Shown: positions 26,752-36,021, counted from the stretch's first letter. The stretch is 55,035 nt of DNA from Candidatus Iainarchaeum sp. (GCA_017610175.1 JAFCCO010000009.1:1-55035), one strand, 5' to 3'. Program-made: numbers and translations. Notes: a model not told the origin generated them from the sequence alone.

Positions 26752-27708
26752 GTGGAGGGCATGCTTTTCCTGATGATTTCGTTTCTGCTTTCACTTACAT
26801 TCACATACCTTGCGGCAAAAATCAACGCACGCAACGGAATTATTGGAAAGGACATTAACAAGGCAAGGCACCCGATTCTGCCCGAGGCCGCAGGAATTGC
26901 ACTGCTTGTTCCCACCTGGATTATGATTTCCGCGCTAATGCTGTTCTTTATCGGGGAATTCAACCTGTTCTACTTTATCTTCGGGCTTATAGTTACAGCC
27001 TTTGCTTTCATCGGGCTAATGGATGACACAAAACACAAATTTATGATGAAAACAACCCCCTGGGTTTTTAGGGCTGTTCCAGTTGCATTTGTTTCGCTCA
27101 TTTTTGGGGCAGTTAACTTCCACGACCCGTTCTGGGCAGTGCTAATCGCAGCGCTTGTGGCGGGATTTGCCTCGCTTGAAAACACTTTTGCAGGGCTTAA
27201 CGGATGGGAAATCGGGTCCGGTTTCATAATCTCGCTCTTTGTTACACTAATTGTTTCAAGAAGCCTTGACCCCAACCTTGTGCTGCTTGCACTTGCACTC
27301 AACGGAATGATTCTTGGGCTGCTTTTCTGGAACAGATTTCCCGCAAGGGTTTTTCCGGGAGACAGTGGAACGCTGTTTATTGGAAGCGCCATTGCCGCGA
27401 TTCTTGTAATGAACCAGAGCCTTGAAATGATTTTGCTGGGAGTACTGTTTTTCCTCCCCCATATGGTTGACTTCTTTATCCTGAAACTTTTAACAAATCC
27501 AAAGGATGTAAGCCAGGCAAGAACCCTACCCTACAGGCTGCTTGGAAACGGGAAGCTTGCAATTCCGCATGGAAAAGAAAAACTTGACTTTGCAAAGCTC
27601 ATCATAAAGATTTTCGGGCCGCTGAAAGAGTGGCAGATTGTTTTTGTAATCTGGGCAATTGTTGCGCTGAACTGCCTGTTCTGGTCAAGGCTGTTTGGAG
27701 TAATCTGA
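26752..27708 (+). CDS. Polyprenyl-phosphate GlcNAc-1-P transferase (AglH/Alg7/MraY family)
   Basis: GKDINK, PEAAG, GLMDD, NTFAGLNG.E, N.FPARVFPGDSG, multiple TM helices. Confidence 0.85.
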   Translation: MEGMLFLMISFLLSLTFTYLAAKINARNGIIGKDINKARHPILPEAAGIALLVPTWIMISALMLFFIGEFNLFYFIFGLIVTAFAFIGLMDDTKHKFMMKTTPWVFRAVPVAFVSLIFGAVNFHDPFWAVLIAALVAGFASLENTFAGLNGWEIGSGFIISLFVTLIVSRSLDPNLVLLALALNGMILGLLFWNRFPARVFPGDSGTLFIGSAIAAILVMNQSLEMILLGVLFFLPHMVDFFILKLLTNPKDVSQARTLPYRLLGNGKLAIPHGKEKLDFAKLIIKIFGPLKEWQIVFVIWAIVALNCLFWSRLFGVI

Positions 27709-27713
27709 TTTTT

Positions 27714-28676
27714 TCACCGCATAGATGAGATTGCGTGCACCAGGATGCTTGCAATGGTTGGCACAACCAGCCTGACAAAATCAAACACAATAAGCAGTGC
27801 CGCAATCTGCGCGGGCGCAATGCTGGCAGAAACAATTGGAAGCGAAAGGTAAACAAAGCCTATTCCCTCAACAAGCCCTATCCCTCTTGGCAGGAAAGGG
27901 GTTCTTTCAAGGATTGCAATCAGCACAAACAAAATCGCAATTGATTGAAGCGGGATTGAAAGCGCAATTGCCTGAAAGGAAAATGCAAGCGCAAGGAATT
28001 CAAGCAGGAGAGAGAATGCGGCGAGAAGTGCAACAAGAAAGAAGCTTCCCCAGCCCATCTGCTGCAAATAGTTGCTGTAGGATTTGAAAAAAGACTCAAG
28101 CCTTTTGGCTGGAGGAATTACTTTGGAGATTTTTCCAAAGACCGATGCAATCCTCATTCCAAAACTCTTTTTGAGCGGGAGCAGGAAGAGAGCTGTTGCA
28201 AGGGCAACCACAAAAAAGCCCGAGAGCAGGCCTGCCAGCAAAAGCAAATCGCTTGTTGTAGAGATAAACACCAGCATAAGTCCGCTTGAAACAAGCGCGA
28301 TTAGAAGAAATTTTACTCCCTTGACAACCATGGAGGCGGAAATTGACTCGGAGTAGGGAACCGAAAACTTTTGCTTCATCCAAAGGGAGCGAAGCATGTC
28401 GGCCCCCACCTGAACAGGGGTTAGGGCGCCGTAGGCTGCAGAAAACCCAATTACCGTGCTCTGCAGAAAGCCCACTTTACTTTGTTTTTTGACCAAATAA
28501 GACCATGAAATTACCCAAATTAGTATTGAAAGTATGAAAAAAAGGCAGGCTATGCCGAATAATATTAGATTTGTTGATTGCAAGACTTCTGTGGCATTCG
28601 TAACCCTAGCTCCAATGCCCAAAACTGCAAAAATCAAAACAAGGAAAATTAGCGCGTTTCTAAGGTATTTCTGCAT
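27714..28676 (-). CDS. Flippase-like membrane protein (lysylphosphatidylglycerol synthase TM / UPF0104 family)
   Basis: SW..L, LTP.QVGAD..R, P.LPRGIGLVE, multi-TM. Confidence 0.8.
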   Translation of the reverse strand: MQKYLRNALIFLVLIFAVLGIGARVTNATEVLQSTNLILFGIACLFFILSILIWVISWSYLVKKQSKVGFLQSTVIGFSAAYGALTPVQVGADMLRSLWMKQKFSVPYSESISASMVVKGVKFLLIALVSSGLMLVFISTTSDLLLLAGLLSGFFVVALATALFLLPLKKSFGMRIASVFGKISKVIPPAKRLESFFKSYSNYLQQMGWGSFFLVALLAAFSLLLEFLALAFSFQAIALSIPLQSIAILFVLIAILERTPFLPRGIGLVEGIGFVYLSLPIVSASIAPAQIAALLIVFDFVRLVVPTIASILVHAISSMR

Positions 28677-28682
28677 GTTGAA

Positions 28683-29300
28683 TCAGCCGAGTTGAGAGGT
28701 TATTGCATTGCTTTTTGAAATTACTTCCTCTGCGTTGCTGAACATAGTTTTCAACAAGGTAAAAGCCGCGTTGCTTGTTGATTCAACCTTGTCGGCCTCA
28801 ATTGTTACACTGTCCCCTGAAAACGAAATTCTTGGTTGTGAAAGAGATGAGTTTGCCGGATTAATAAGGATTTTAACAGGGCCGTCGCCTGCAAGGAGTG
28901 AATTGCATTCCTCAACAGAAAGCCTTTCCTCTGTTGTGAGTTCGCCGTGGTTTGTAAGGCAGTATGATAGATTGCCTTGCTGGTCCACAATGCGGAAAAG
29001 CTGGATAACGTTTTTTTCGTTTCCGCTAAGCACAACTATGAAGAGTGCGGCTGAATTAAAGAGCAAAGTGTCTGCACCGGTTACCGGATCGTGGACCTGT
29101 GCGCTGATAATAAAGCTTTCACTTCCGGCAAGTTGCCGAACTGCCGAAATGGGAGAACTCTGCGCAGAAACAAACTCAATGTTTTCAACAACCACTGTAT
29201 TTGCGGGCGGTTCCACCCCGATAAACGCTATGGTTGCAAAGATTACTGCCGCAGCTATAAGAATTGCGTAAATCTGCAGTTTCCTGCTTTTAAAGTCCAT
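28683..29300 (-). CDS. Hypothetical N-terminally anchored exported protein
   Basis: N-terminal hydrophobic helix after KSRK, then a soluble domain with two Cys. Confidence 0.7.
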   Translation of the reverse strand: MDFKSRKLQIYAILIAAAVIFATIAFIGVEPPANTVVVENIEFVSAQSSPISAVRQLAGSESFIISAQVHDPVTGADTLLFNSAALFIVVLSGNEKNVIQLFRIVDQQGNLSYCLTNHGELTTEERLSVEECNSLLAGDGPVKILINPANSSLSQPRISFSGDSVTIEADKVESTSNAAFTLLKTMFSNAEEVISKSNAITSQLG

Positions 29301-29401
29301 AATCAAAACACGGGGCAAAAGAAATATAAAAGGCATTCAGTTGCCAAGGCAAAGGCCTAACTTCTACATAATTAGTTTGCGGCCTTACAGGAGGACCCGG
29401 T

Positions 29402-29453
29402 AAAAAAAATAAAAAAAAGAAAGGAAAAGGGTGGTTTTTCAACCAACCCTTTT
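29402..29453 (-). terminator. Stem-loop plus U-tract terminator of the S-layer gene
   Basis: AAAAGGGT-GGTT-TTTC-AACC-A-ACCCTTTT stem at 29425-29453, followed on the minus strand by long T runs. Confidence 0.65.
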
Positions 29454-29460
29454 AGGTTAC

Positions 29461-32457
29461 TTAGACCAATGCGTCAAGTGCCGCAATTAAGTCCATAGCT
29501 GCCTGTTTGGTGTCGTTTACTCCGTAACCTGCAACAACGATGTCGCCGTTATCGAGTAATTGAACAACCCTGTCGCCGCTTGTAGTCAGAGCTTCGCCGA
29601 GTGTGCCTTCACCGATAGAAGTTGATTCTGATACTAGTGCGTTGACCATCCATCCACCAATAATGATATTGGCGCCGGCTGGTTTAGGTGTGTCCAAGTA
29701 CACCAACTGTCCAACAGGTATGACGTCTGCGTATGTTGCTGGGCTTGCGACTGCGTCGCCTGCTCCGCATACACCTGCTGTGTAGCTGATTGCATCTATG
29801 GTTATTTTGGTAGATCCTTCTTCACCGCTTTGGCCCTCGCCAAGTCCTGCGAATGAGGTTCCGCCTGCTGCGGTCACTGCTGTCTCTGCTCCGAGAACAA
29901 CGTGTCTCAGGTAGAGCTGGTTCTCTGGGACTGTGATTTTTACATAGTCGCCCTCGGCGTCTGTGCTCACAAGTTCCACCTTTGAACCGTAGTCCAACCA
30001 GGTTGCTGTTGACTGGGTCTCTTCACTGTCTGTTCTCAGTCCCCAGCTGGCTATATAGTTTATGTCTACCTGGTACCCGTATACCTCCTCCCTCTGTGCG
30101 TTCGGGAAGATAATTAATTCTCCCGAAGAGGTGTCTAGGTATGCGTTGACATCTGCGCCTGACTTGTTCGTGTCGAAACCGAAGTTTGCCACGAAGTAGT
30201 CGAAGTCAGCAGGGTCAAATCCCAACGAAGTAAGGTCCGGTACATAGAATCTCTGGTCTATTGTACCGTCTTCCACTGTACAGGCACTATGCGAATAGTA
30301 TGTGGCCATTCCGTAACCATCACATTCAGCATCTGTTCCTGTGAAGAACGCATCGATTGATGCGAACTCATTCGTGAAGTCTGTACTGTTGTCAAGCAAC
30401 AGATAAACCTTCTTGTATGCAGCCTCGTCGGTTACGTACATCTTGTAGTTGTATGTGTCCTGTAATGCATCGTTTGTTACCGCAAGATTCGGGTAACCCC
30501 ATGCCTTATCAAGACTCTGGTTGTCGTCGTCGTAGAACACTGTGTCATATATAGGTGCTGCACTGTTTATACTCAGAATTGCAGAACTACCTTCTGTGTA
30601 GTTGCTAAAACTCTGGTTAGAGAACTGGCAGTTTCCGTCTGCTCCAAGATATACAGTAGTTGCAGTGCCCCCCATACCCTCGTTTGTGTACGAAACACCG
30701 TTTATGTCGAACGTGTCTACTGGGGTGCCGTTAATATCAAGATAACCATAGTCAGTTGCGATATTAGCGTCAGTGCCTATAGTAGGTGGCATTATAACAC
30801 TTATTCCGTTCAACAGACTTCCGTTAGATATTGCGATGTTTGCATCCGTTGTGTCACATCTGTAGTAGAAGGTCTGGTCGTCCAACATGAATGTTCCTTC
30901 TTCGGTTGGGCCTGTGGTTAACAGAAGCTCGTAGTATAGTGGGACTTCCCTCTCTACTCCTGCACTGTCTGTGTAGATCAAGCATCCGGATTCTGCTCCT
31001 TCGCTTGTTTCACAGTTTCCCACACCAAGTGTGAAGGTTGTTGTGTCCTGATCCTGTACAAATCCGTCAAATCGGAACCTAACAAAGTTGTATCCAACAT
31101 CGTCCTCGTCGTTTCCGTCAAGGAATATTGCCTCTCCAGATGCATCAACTGATGTTAACGAGCCTGTTGTTGGGTACAACGGGTTTACTGAGTTCCACTT
31201 TTTGACTGCGTTGTAGATGGTGACTGTTTTGAGTACATTTACATCCGGACTTGCATCCGTATTAAAGGCAAATGTGGCTTTCCAGTAGTCATCGGTCGTG
31301 TCTGTGTCTGTGCTGTCGTACGGGTATGCTTTGCCGGACTTAAGCTCAATTACGCTTGTGCCCTGTGTTATTGTCGCAAAACCTTTCCCTGTCGTTGTTT
31401 CCTTTCCTGCGTCGGAAATATACACAACTGTCTTCAGTGCATATTCACCTGTGCTGTCAAGGAATTGGTCGTTAAGGTATACACCTGTTCCAAGTGTCTG
31501 CCTGTCGATTTCGTTTCCCTCAGTATCAAGCAGCAAGTACCTAACGTTGTAGTTTGCGGCTTCTCCTGACTGGGTTACTGCATCGATCCTTACCGACATC
31601 TCTTCGCCTGCATAGTTTCCTCTGCCTGTGAGACCTGTTAGCTCGTCAGCTTCGTAGAATGTTGCCTTGTTCGATTCCTTGATCAACTTCATTACTCCTG
31701 CAGTCCTGTCAACTTCCTGGACTGTGTACTCCTCTCCAAGGAATGGAATGACAATGTTGTCGTTGTCACCGTCTGTGAACTTTACTGCGCTTGTAGTTGA
31801 CACATCAGCTGGAATTCCGTCTCCTAGGTCAAGGATATAGTTGAAGTCTCCTTCGTTGGTCAAATATGCAACGAGGTCCTCAACGTCCTTGTCGACGAGA
31901 TCCATTCTAGGGTCTACTTCAAGGCCGATGTTTTCCTTCACAACGATACTGTAACTTGAACCGTTATATCTGTAGGTTCTTGTTTCGTTGGTCAAGAACG
32001 GTAGCTGTGCGTTTGTCAGTTGCTTAACAAGCGGGTCATTGTCCGCCGTTGTTTCACCAACCGATGAATTCAAAGGATACTGTGTTCCTTCGTATGTTTT
32101 TGAAGTCTCAGTAGAGTACTCAATGTCTCCGCCGACTGTTAAATCAACCGACAAATCCGTTGGGTTTGCTGTGACTTCTCCTCCGCCACCTGTTACTGTA
32201 ACAGTCTTATCGACTGTTGCAAGCTGTGCGACCTTAGCGGCAACGTTACCGGCCCAAATGAAGTCACTTGGTGCTGCTCCCGAACCAACTACTACGTTGA
32301 CTGCCGGAGCACCGGTGGCTGTGTTTACAATATCTGACTTTTGCAAGTCACCGACATTGCTTGTCACTGCCGCTGAGACCACAGGAGCTAGTGCCGAACC
32401 GATTAAGGCTCCGCCAACTGCAACTGCGGCGAGCTTCTTTATGCTCAATCCTTTCAT
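29461..32457 (-). CDS. S-layer protein
   Basis: Signal MKGLSIKKLAAVAVGGALIG, N-terminal VVVGSGAAPSD...A..VA, C-terminal IIIGG.MVN.L...IVVAG....DT..AA; acidic and Thr-rich; GAGGTGA RBS. Confidence 0.9.
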   Translation of the reverse strand: MKGLSIKKLAAVAVGGALIGSALAPVVSAAVTSNVGDLQKSDIVNTATGAPAVNVVVGSGAAPSDFIWAGNVAAKVAQLATVDKTVTVTGGGGEVTANPTDLSVDLTVGGDIEYSTETSKTYEGTQYPLNSSVGETTADNDPLVKQLTNAQLPFLTNETRTYRYNGSSYSIVVKENIGLEVDPRMDLVDKDVEDLVAYLTNEGDFNYILDLGDGIPADVSTTSAVKFTDGDNDNIVIPFLGEEYTVQEVDRTAGVMKLIKESNKATFYEADELTGLTGRGNYAGEEMSVRIDAVTQSGEAANYNVRYLLLDTEGNEIDRQTLGTGVYLNDQFLDSTGEYALKTVVYISDAGKETTTGKGFATITQGTSVIELKSGKAYPYDSTDTDTTDDYWKATFAFNTDASPDVNVLKTVTIYNAVKKWNSVNPLYPTTGSLTSVDASGEAIFLDGNDEDDVGYNFVRFRFDGFVQDQDTTTFTLGVGNCETSEGAESGCLIYTDSAGVEREVPLYYELLLTTGPTEEGTFMLDDQTFYYRCDTTDANIAISNGSLLNGISVIMPPTIGTDANIATDYGYLDINGTPVDTFDINGVSYTNEGMGGTATTVYLGADGNCQFSNQSFSNYTEGSSAILSINSAAPIYDTVFYDDDNQSLDKAWGYPNLAVTNDALQDTYNYKMYVTDEAAYKKVYLLLDNSTDFTNEFASIDAFFTGTDAECDGYGMATYYSHSACTVEDGTIDQRFYVPDLTSLGFDPADFDYFVANFGFDTNKSGADVNAYLDTSSGELIIFPNAQREEVYGYQVDINYIASWGLRTDSEETQSTATWLDYGSKVELVSTDAEGDYVKITVPENQLYLRHVVLGAETAVTAAGGTSFAGLGEGQSGEEGSTKITIDAISYTAGVCGAGDAVASPATYADVIPVGQLVYLDTPKPAGANIIIGGWMVNALVSESTSIGEGTLGEALTTSGDRVVQLLDNGDIVVAGYGVNDTKQAAMDLIAALDALV

Positions 32458-32577
32458 GTATTGTTTCACCTCACAATTTTTTTTCACATGAAAAACAAGC
32501 CCAGATATGGCTATGCCTTAATTTAGTCGATTTTATGAAGGCACATCATAGCTAGACCACTACCTTATAGAGACAGG

Positions 32578-32596
32578 ATATTTAAATACTTTTCGG
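32578..32596 (-). promoter_or_regulatory. BRE/TATA promoter of the S-layer gene
   Basis: Minus strand reads CGAAAAG-TATTTAAATAT, implying a 5'UTR of about 100 nt. Confidence 0.55.
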
Positions 32597-32682
32597 TAAA
32601 GAAAAAGCCTTAAAATGCTTCTTTCACCCCATATGGGCAAAATTAAGTCGTTTGATGAATGTACCATCAACAATCAACGAAT

Positions 32683-33318
32683 TCACTTGTATAACTTCTG
32701 ATGGAACTTTTCAACGTCCTCTCGCTTCATGTTTTTGGAGATGTAACTGGTGTATTTCTGCACCCAATCAGCTATATCCACCAGGCCGTCCTGGAAATCC
32801 TGCGCCGAAAGCTCTATTTTGGCCGGTTTTAGGATTTCCACGCTTGTCGGACTGTAACTGAACATGAATTTGACCAATGAAACAAAGTCCTTTACGGAAA
32901 AATTCAGGTCAATGAATGAAGAGTAATATTCGCCGTCCTGCACGATTTTCTGGGATTCTGCAGCATAAAGGGTAAAATCCTCGTCTCCCTGCAGGGCCTC
33001 CTTTAGCTTCAAAAGCTGTTTTTTGAGCAAATCCTTCTCAATTGCCTGCATTTCAATGAATGCACGCACCCTTATCTCATACTGGTCGTCGTCGGAAACC
33101 TTTTTCCTCCTTTGGACTTCAGACGCGATATTTTCCTTCAAAGTGTACTTTGTAGGATATCCTGAGCGCTCCACAACCCCCAGTTTCAGCATCCCCTTAA
33201 GCTCTTCCATTAGATTGTTGTATGGGATGCTTAACTGCTTGTTAAGCTCTTCAGCCGTTTTTGCATCGTGCAAAAGCAGCAGCGCAATTCTTTTTTGCTC
33301 TTCACTAAACCTGCTCAT
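32683..33318 (-). CDS. Winged-HTH fused to an uncharacterised archaeal domain
   Basis: N-terminal KTAEELNKQLSIPYNNLMEELKGMLKLGVV; C-terminal SSFIDL...Y.PTSVEILKP..IEL...DFQD.L.D. Confidence 0.7.
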   Translation of the reverse strand: MSRFSEEQKRIALLLLHDAKTAEELNKQLSIPYNNLMEELKGMLKLGVVERSGYPTKYTLKENIASEVQRRKKVSDDDQYEIRVRAFIEMQAIEKDLLKKQLLKLKEALQGDEDFTLYAAESQKIVQDGEYYSSFIDLNFSVKDFVSLVKFMFSYSPTSVEILKPAKIELSAQDFQDGLVDIADWVQKYTSYISKNMKREDVEKFHQKLYK

Positions 33319-33375
33319 GCAAGCAATTCACATACAAAAAGAATTTAAAAGATTGTTGGCGTACGTTTTTATTGA

Positions 33376-33699
33376 ATGGACGTTGAAATTCCGGCAGAAG
33401 CCCTTAATTCCCTTGGGGAAACCACTGCAGCAGTGGGTGGAGAGGCAGCAAACGCCATTGCAAGCAATCCTGGAATTCTAATAACTGGGATTTTGCTGAT
33501 TGCCGCGGCAATACTAATATTCTTCTTTATCAAGAAACTAATAGTAAACAGCGTGCTCGGATTTGTGGGCTGGATACTGTTCATCTTCTTTGTGGGCGTT
33601 GACCAAAGCCTTCTCATCCCAAGCCTTGTGATAAGCGTGATTTTTGGGCTTGCAGGAGTCGGAGTGCTGCTGGTGCTAACATTCTTTGGAGTAGTTTAA
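33376..33699 (+). CDS. Small membrane protein (BofA-like pattern)
   Basis: KKLIVNSVLG...L.....V..IFGLAGV; three hydrophobic segments. Confidence 0.7.
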   Translation: MDVEIPAEALNSLGETTAAVGGEAANAIASNPGILITGILLIAAAILIFFFIKKLIVNSVLGFVGWILFIFFVGVDQSLLIPSLVISVIFGLAGVGVLLVLTFFGVV

Positions 33700-34020
33700 T
33701 CAGCGCCTTTGCTTTTTGCGGGCATTTCTCCTTTTCTTCCGATCCTTTAACGCACCAACACCCAAACCGACAGCCGCACCCAGTGGAATTGATGCAGGTG
33801 CAAGATATGAATGAACCTTTCCTCTTGCGGTAAGGGATTTTGCCTGCTTCAAATGCTTTTGCTTGCGAGAACCGCCTGTTTTTGCAGCAGCCTCTCTATG
33901 CATTTGAGCCATTTGGGACTTGTGCGCGGCCTCTGTTGCAAAGTGCCCGCTTGCGCCCAATCCGAGAGCAGTCCCTATTGCCAAACCAATTATTTTTTTG
34001 GATGTTTTTCTTCGCGCCAT
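33700..34020 (-). CDS. Basic orphan with two glycine-zipper helices
   Basis: ATG 34020 lies 7 nt after the upstream stop. MARRKTSKK, GLAIGTALGLGA, GAAVGLGVGA, C-terminal DRKKRRNARKKQRR. Confidence 0.65.
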   Translation of the reverse strand: MARRKTSKKIIGLAIGTALGLGASGHFATEAAHKSQMAQMHREAAAKTGGSRKQKHLKQAKSLTARGKVHSYLAPASIPLGAAVGLGVGALKDRKKRRNARKKQRR

Positions 34021-34027
34021 AGAAAAA

Positions 34028-34354
34028 TCACTTCTTCTTTGCATTCCCAACTTCTTTTGCAATTCTTTTGGCACGCGCCTTTCTTGGATTCTTGGTGACA
34101 AGCCTTCGCAAAGCCTGCAGCCTCTTCATTCGCTTAAGATGCCACTTCTTGCTTGAGCGCTCCACATCCGCAACCTCTCCCCAGTAATCCAAACGCTTTC
34201 TTGAAGAAGAGCCCCTCTGGATTACGCGGTCATCCCCCACAAACATGTCCTTGTAGCCTCCGGCGCGCTCTGCACTCTCGCCACTTTTAATCGCTGCAGC
34301 GCGGTGCTCGTTTATTTTTCTTTTTAAGAACCCTGACTTTCTCTTTGGAGTCAT
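34028..34354 (-). CDS. Basic orphan protein
   Basis: MTPKRKSGFLKRK...; K/R-rich helical C-terminus; TTTAAG box about 20 nt upstream. Confidence 0.65.
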   Translation of the reverse strand: MTPKRKSGFLKRKINEHRAAAIKSGESAERAGGYKDMFVGDDRVIQRGSSSRKRLDYWGEVADVERSSKKWHLKRMKRLQALRRLVTKNPRKARAKRIAKEVGNAKKK

Positions 34355-34375
34355 AATAAAACCGCATTGCTTAAA

Positions 34376-35389
34376 CTATAAAATGATTCCTGTTTCAAAC
34401 CCGCATTTTGCGCACTTTCCACCCTCTTTCAGGGCCTTTGGCTCGGCGGCAAAGCCAACGCGCTTTACAAGAACTTCACTGCACGAAGGGCAGCGGGTGC
34501 TGTCTTCCCCAACAATGTTTCCCTCGTAAACATATTTCATTCCTGCCTCGAGCGCAATCTTTTTTGCCGTGCGAAGTTTTTCAACATCGGTTGGGGGAAG
34601 GTCAGCCATCTTGTATTGCGGGAAAAATCTGGTGAAGTGGAGCGGAATCATTTCACCAACCGAAACCATGAACTCGCCAATTTCCCTGAAATCCTTTTCC
34701 GAATCGTTGAATCCCGGAACCAAAAGATTGGTTACCTCAAGATGGATTCCCTTTTCAAAAACATAGCGAATGTTTTCCTTCACAAACTCAATGTTTGCGT
34801 CACCGCAAACCTCTTTGTAAAAGCGTGCGTCTCCCTTGAGGTCGATGTTTATCCCGTCAAGATAGGGGGCAAGTGCATCAATGCACTCGCGGCTCATGTA
34901 GCCGTTTGACACCCACACATTGTAGAGGCCTTTCCTGCGCGCCTCCTTCATTGTGTCAAGAGCGTACTCTGCAAAGATTGTGGGCTCGGTGTAAGTGTAG
35001 GCAATTCCCTCAATTCCCGCCTCAAGAGTTTTCTCAACAATTTCTTTGGGCGAGGTGAAAGGAACTTTTAGAATTGTGTCCTCACTTCTCTGTTGCGAAA
35101 TTTCCCAGTTCTGGCAGTGCTTGCAGAAGTAGTTGCAGCCATAGGTTGAAATTCCAAGGCACTGTGTCCCTGGCCTGAAGTGAAAAAGCGGTTTCTTTTC
35201 AATTGGGTCAATTTCCATTGTGATTGTTCTGCCGTAGACAAGGGAATAAAGTTTTCCTGAAACGTTCTTGCGCACCCCGCACTTTCCAAAATTGCCCTCG
35301 GTTATTGCACAGTTCCTGTGGCAGAGGTTGCAGTGCACTGCTTTGCCTTTTAACTTCCTGTAAAACAGGGCCTCATGCATGTCAGGCAT
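34376..35389 (-). CDS. amrS: AmmeMemoRadiSam system radical SAM enzyme
   Basis: C.LC...C......G.CGVR, DPIEKKPLFHF.PG, GCNYFCKHCQNW, AYTYTEP, VSNGY, PLHFTRFFP.Y. Confidence 0.92.
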   Translation of the reverse strand: MPDMHEALFYRKLKGKAVHCNLCHRNCAITEGNFGKCGVRKNVSGKLYSLVYGRTITMEIDPIEKKPLFHFRPGTQCLGISTYGCNYFCKHCQNWEISQQRSEDTILKVPFTSPKEIVEKTLEAGIEGIAYTYTEPTIFAEYALDTMKEARRKGLYNVWVSNGYMSRECIDALAPYLDGINIDLKGDARFYKEVCGDANIEFVKENIRYVFEKGIHLEVTNLLVPGFNDSEKDFREIGEFMVSVGEMIPLHFTRFFPQYKMADLPPTDVEKLRTAKKIALEAGMKYVYEGNIVGEDSTRCPSCSEVLVKRVGFAAEPKALKEGGKCAKCGFETGIIL

Positions 35390-35430
35390 AATATAGTCTT
35401 TTATAGGAAGATATTAATTATATATCTAAT

Positions 35431-36021
35431 ATGGCTCCTGCAAAGAAAAGAAAGCTAACACATAGGAGAATTATTACAATGCCCTTGAGAGTTGGCAGGC
35501 ACGCAGTTAGAAGAGTTACTGAAAGGAAGCCCTTGCCTGCCAGAGACATTCACGCAAGCGTCCTGAAAAACATTAAGGGGCACGCAGGCAAGGCCCCAAG
35601 CATTGAAGCGGTCAATGCAGTCGCACTTGACCTCGTTGCAATCTATGCAAAGCAGGCGGGAGTGGGAAAACTTCACATGCCGCGCATCAAAAAGCTTGCA
35701 AAGCTACAGATGAATCCGCACATGGAAATTGTGAAAAGAAATGCAAGGATTCACAGAACGCTGGGGCAAAGAAAACTTATTGAAGAACTTTCAAGAATGG
35801 GTGACAACGCAATGAGGCAGGCGACAGATAACAGGCTTGCAAAAGAATACCACACAAAAACTTTGGCAAACGCTGCCCCAATGAAGGGAAAGGAGGCAGA
35901 CAAAAAAGTGCACCCTGTTCCGAAAACATTTGCAGCCGAGCTTGTTAAGAGAGCGGCGCAGGTTGCAGCCATAACAATTACAGACCTCAACAGTTCATTG
36001 AGATTCAGAATAAGAGGCTGA
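35431..36021 (+). CDS. Basic orphan protein
   Basis: 196 aa, MAPAKKRKLTHRR N-terminus, fills the gap between amrS and endoQ, AT-rich upstream region. Confidence 0.65.
   Translation: MAPAKKRKLTHRRIITMPLRVGRHAVRRVTERKPLPARDIHASVLKNIKGHAGKAPSIEAVNAVALDLVAIYAKQAGVGKLHMPRIKKLAKLQMNPHMEIVKRNARIHRTLGQRKLIEELSRMGDNAMRQATDNRLAKEYHTKTLANAAPMKGKEADKKVHPVPKTFAAELVKRAAQVAAITITDLNSSLRFRIRG

Noticed and set aside
29350-29400. Possible ncRNA hairpin AAGGCC...GGCCTT downstream of the S-layer terminator
   Set aside because: The stem is short and imperfect with no recognisable family; insufficient support.
33700-34354. Frameshifted single gene or 74-nt overlap between the two basic ORFs
   Set aside because: ATG 34020 just after the stop at 34028 explains them as two separate genes.
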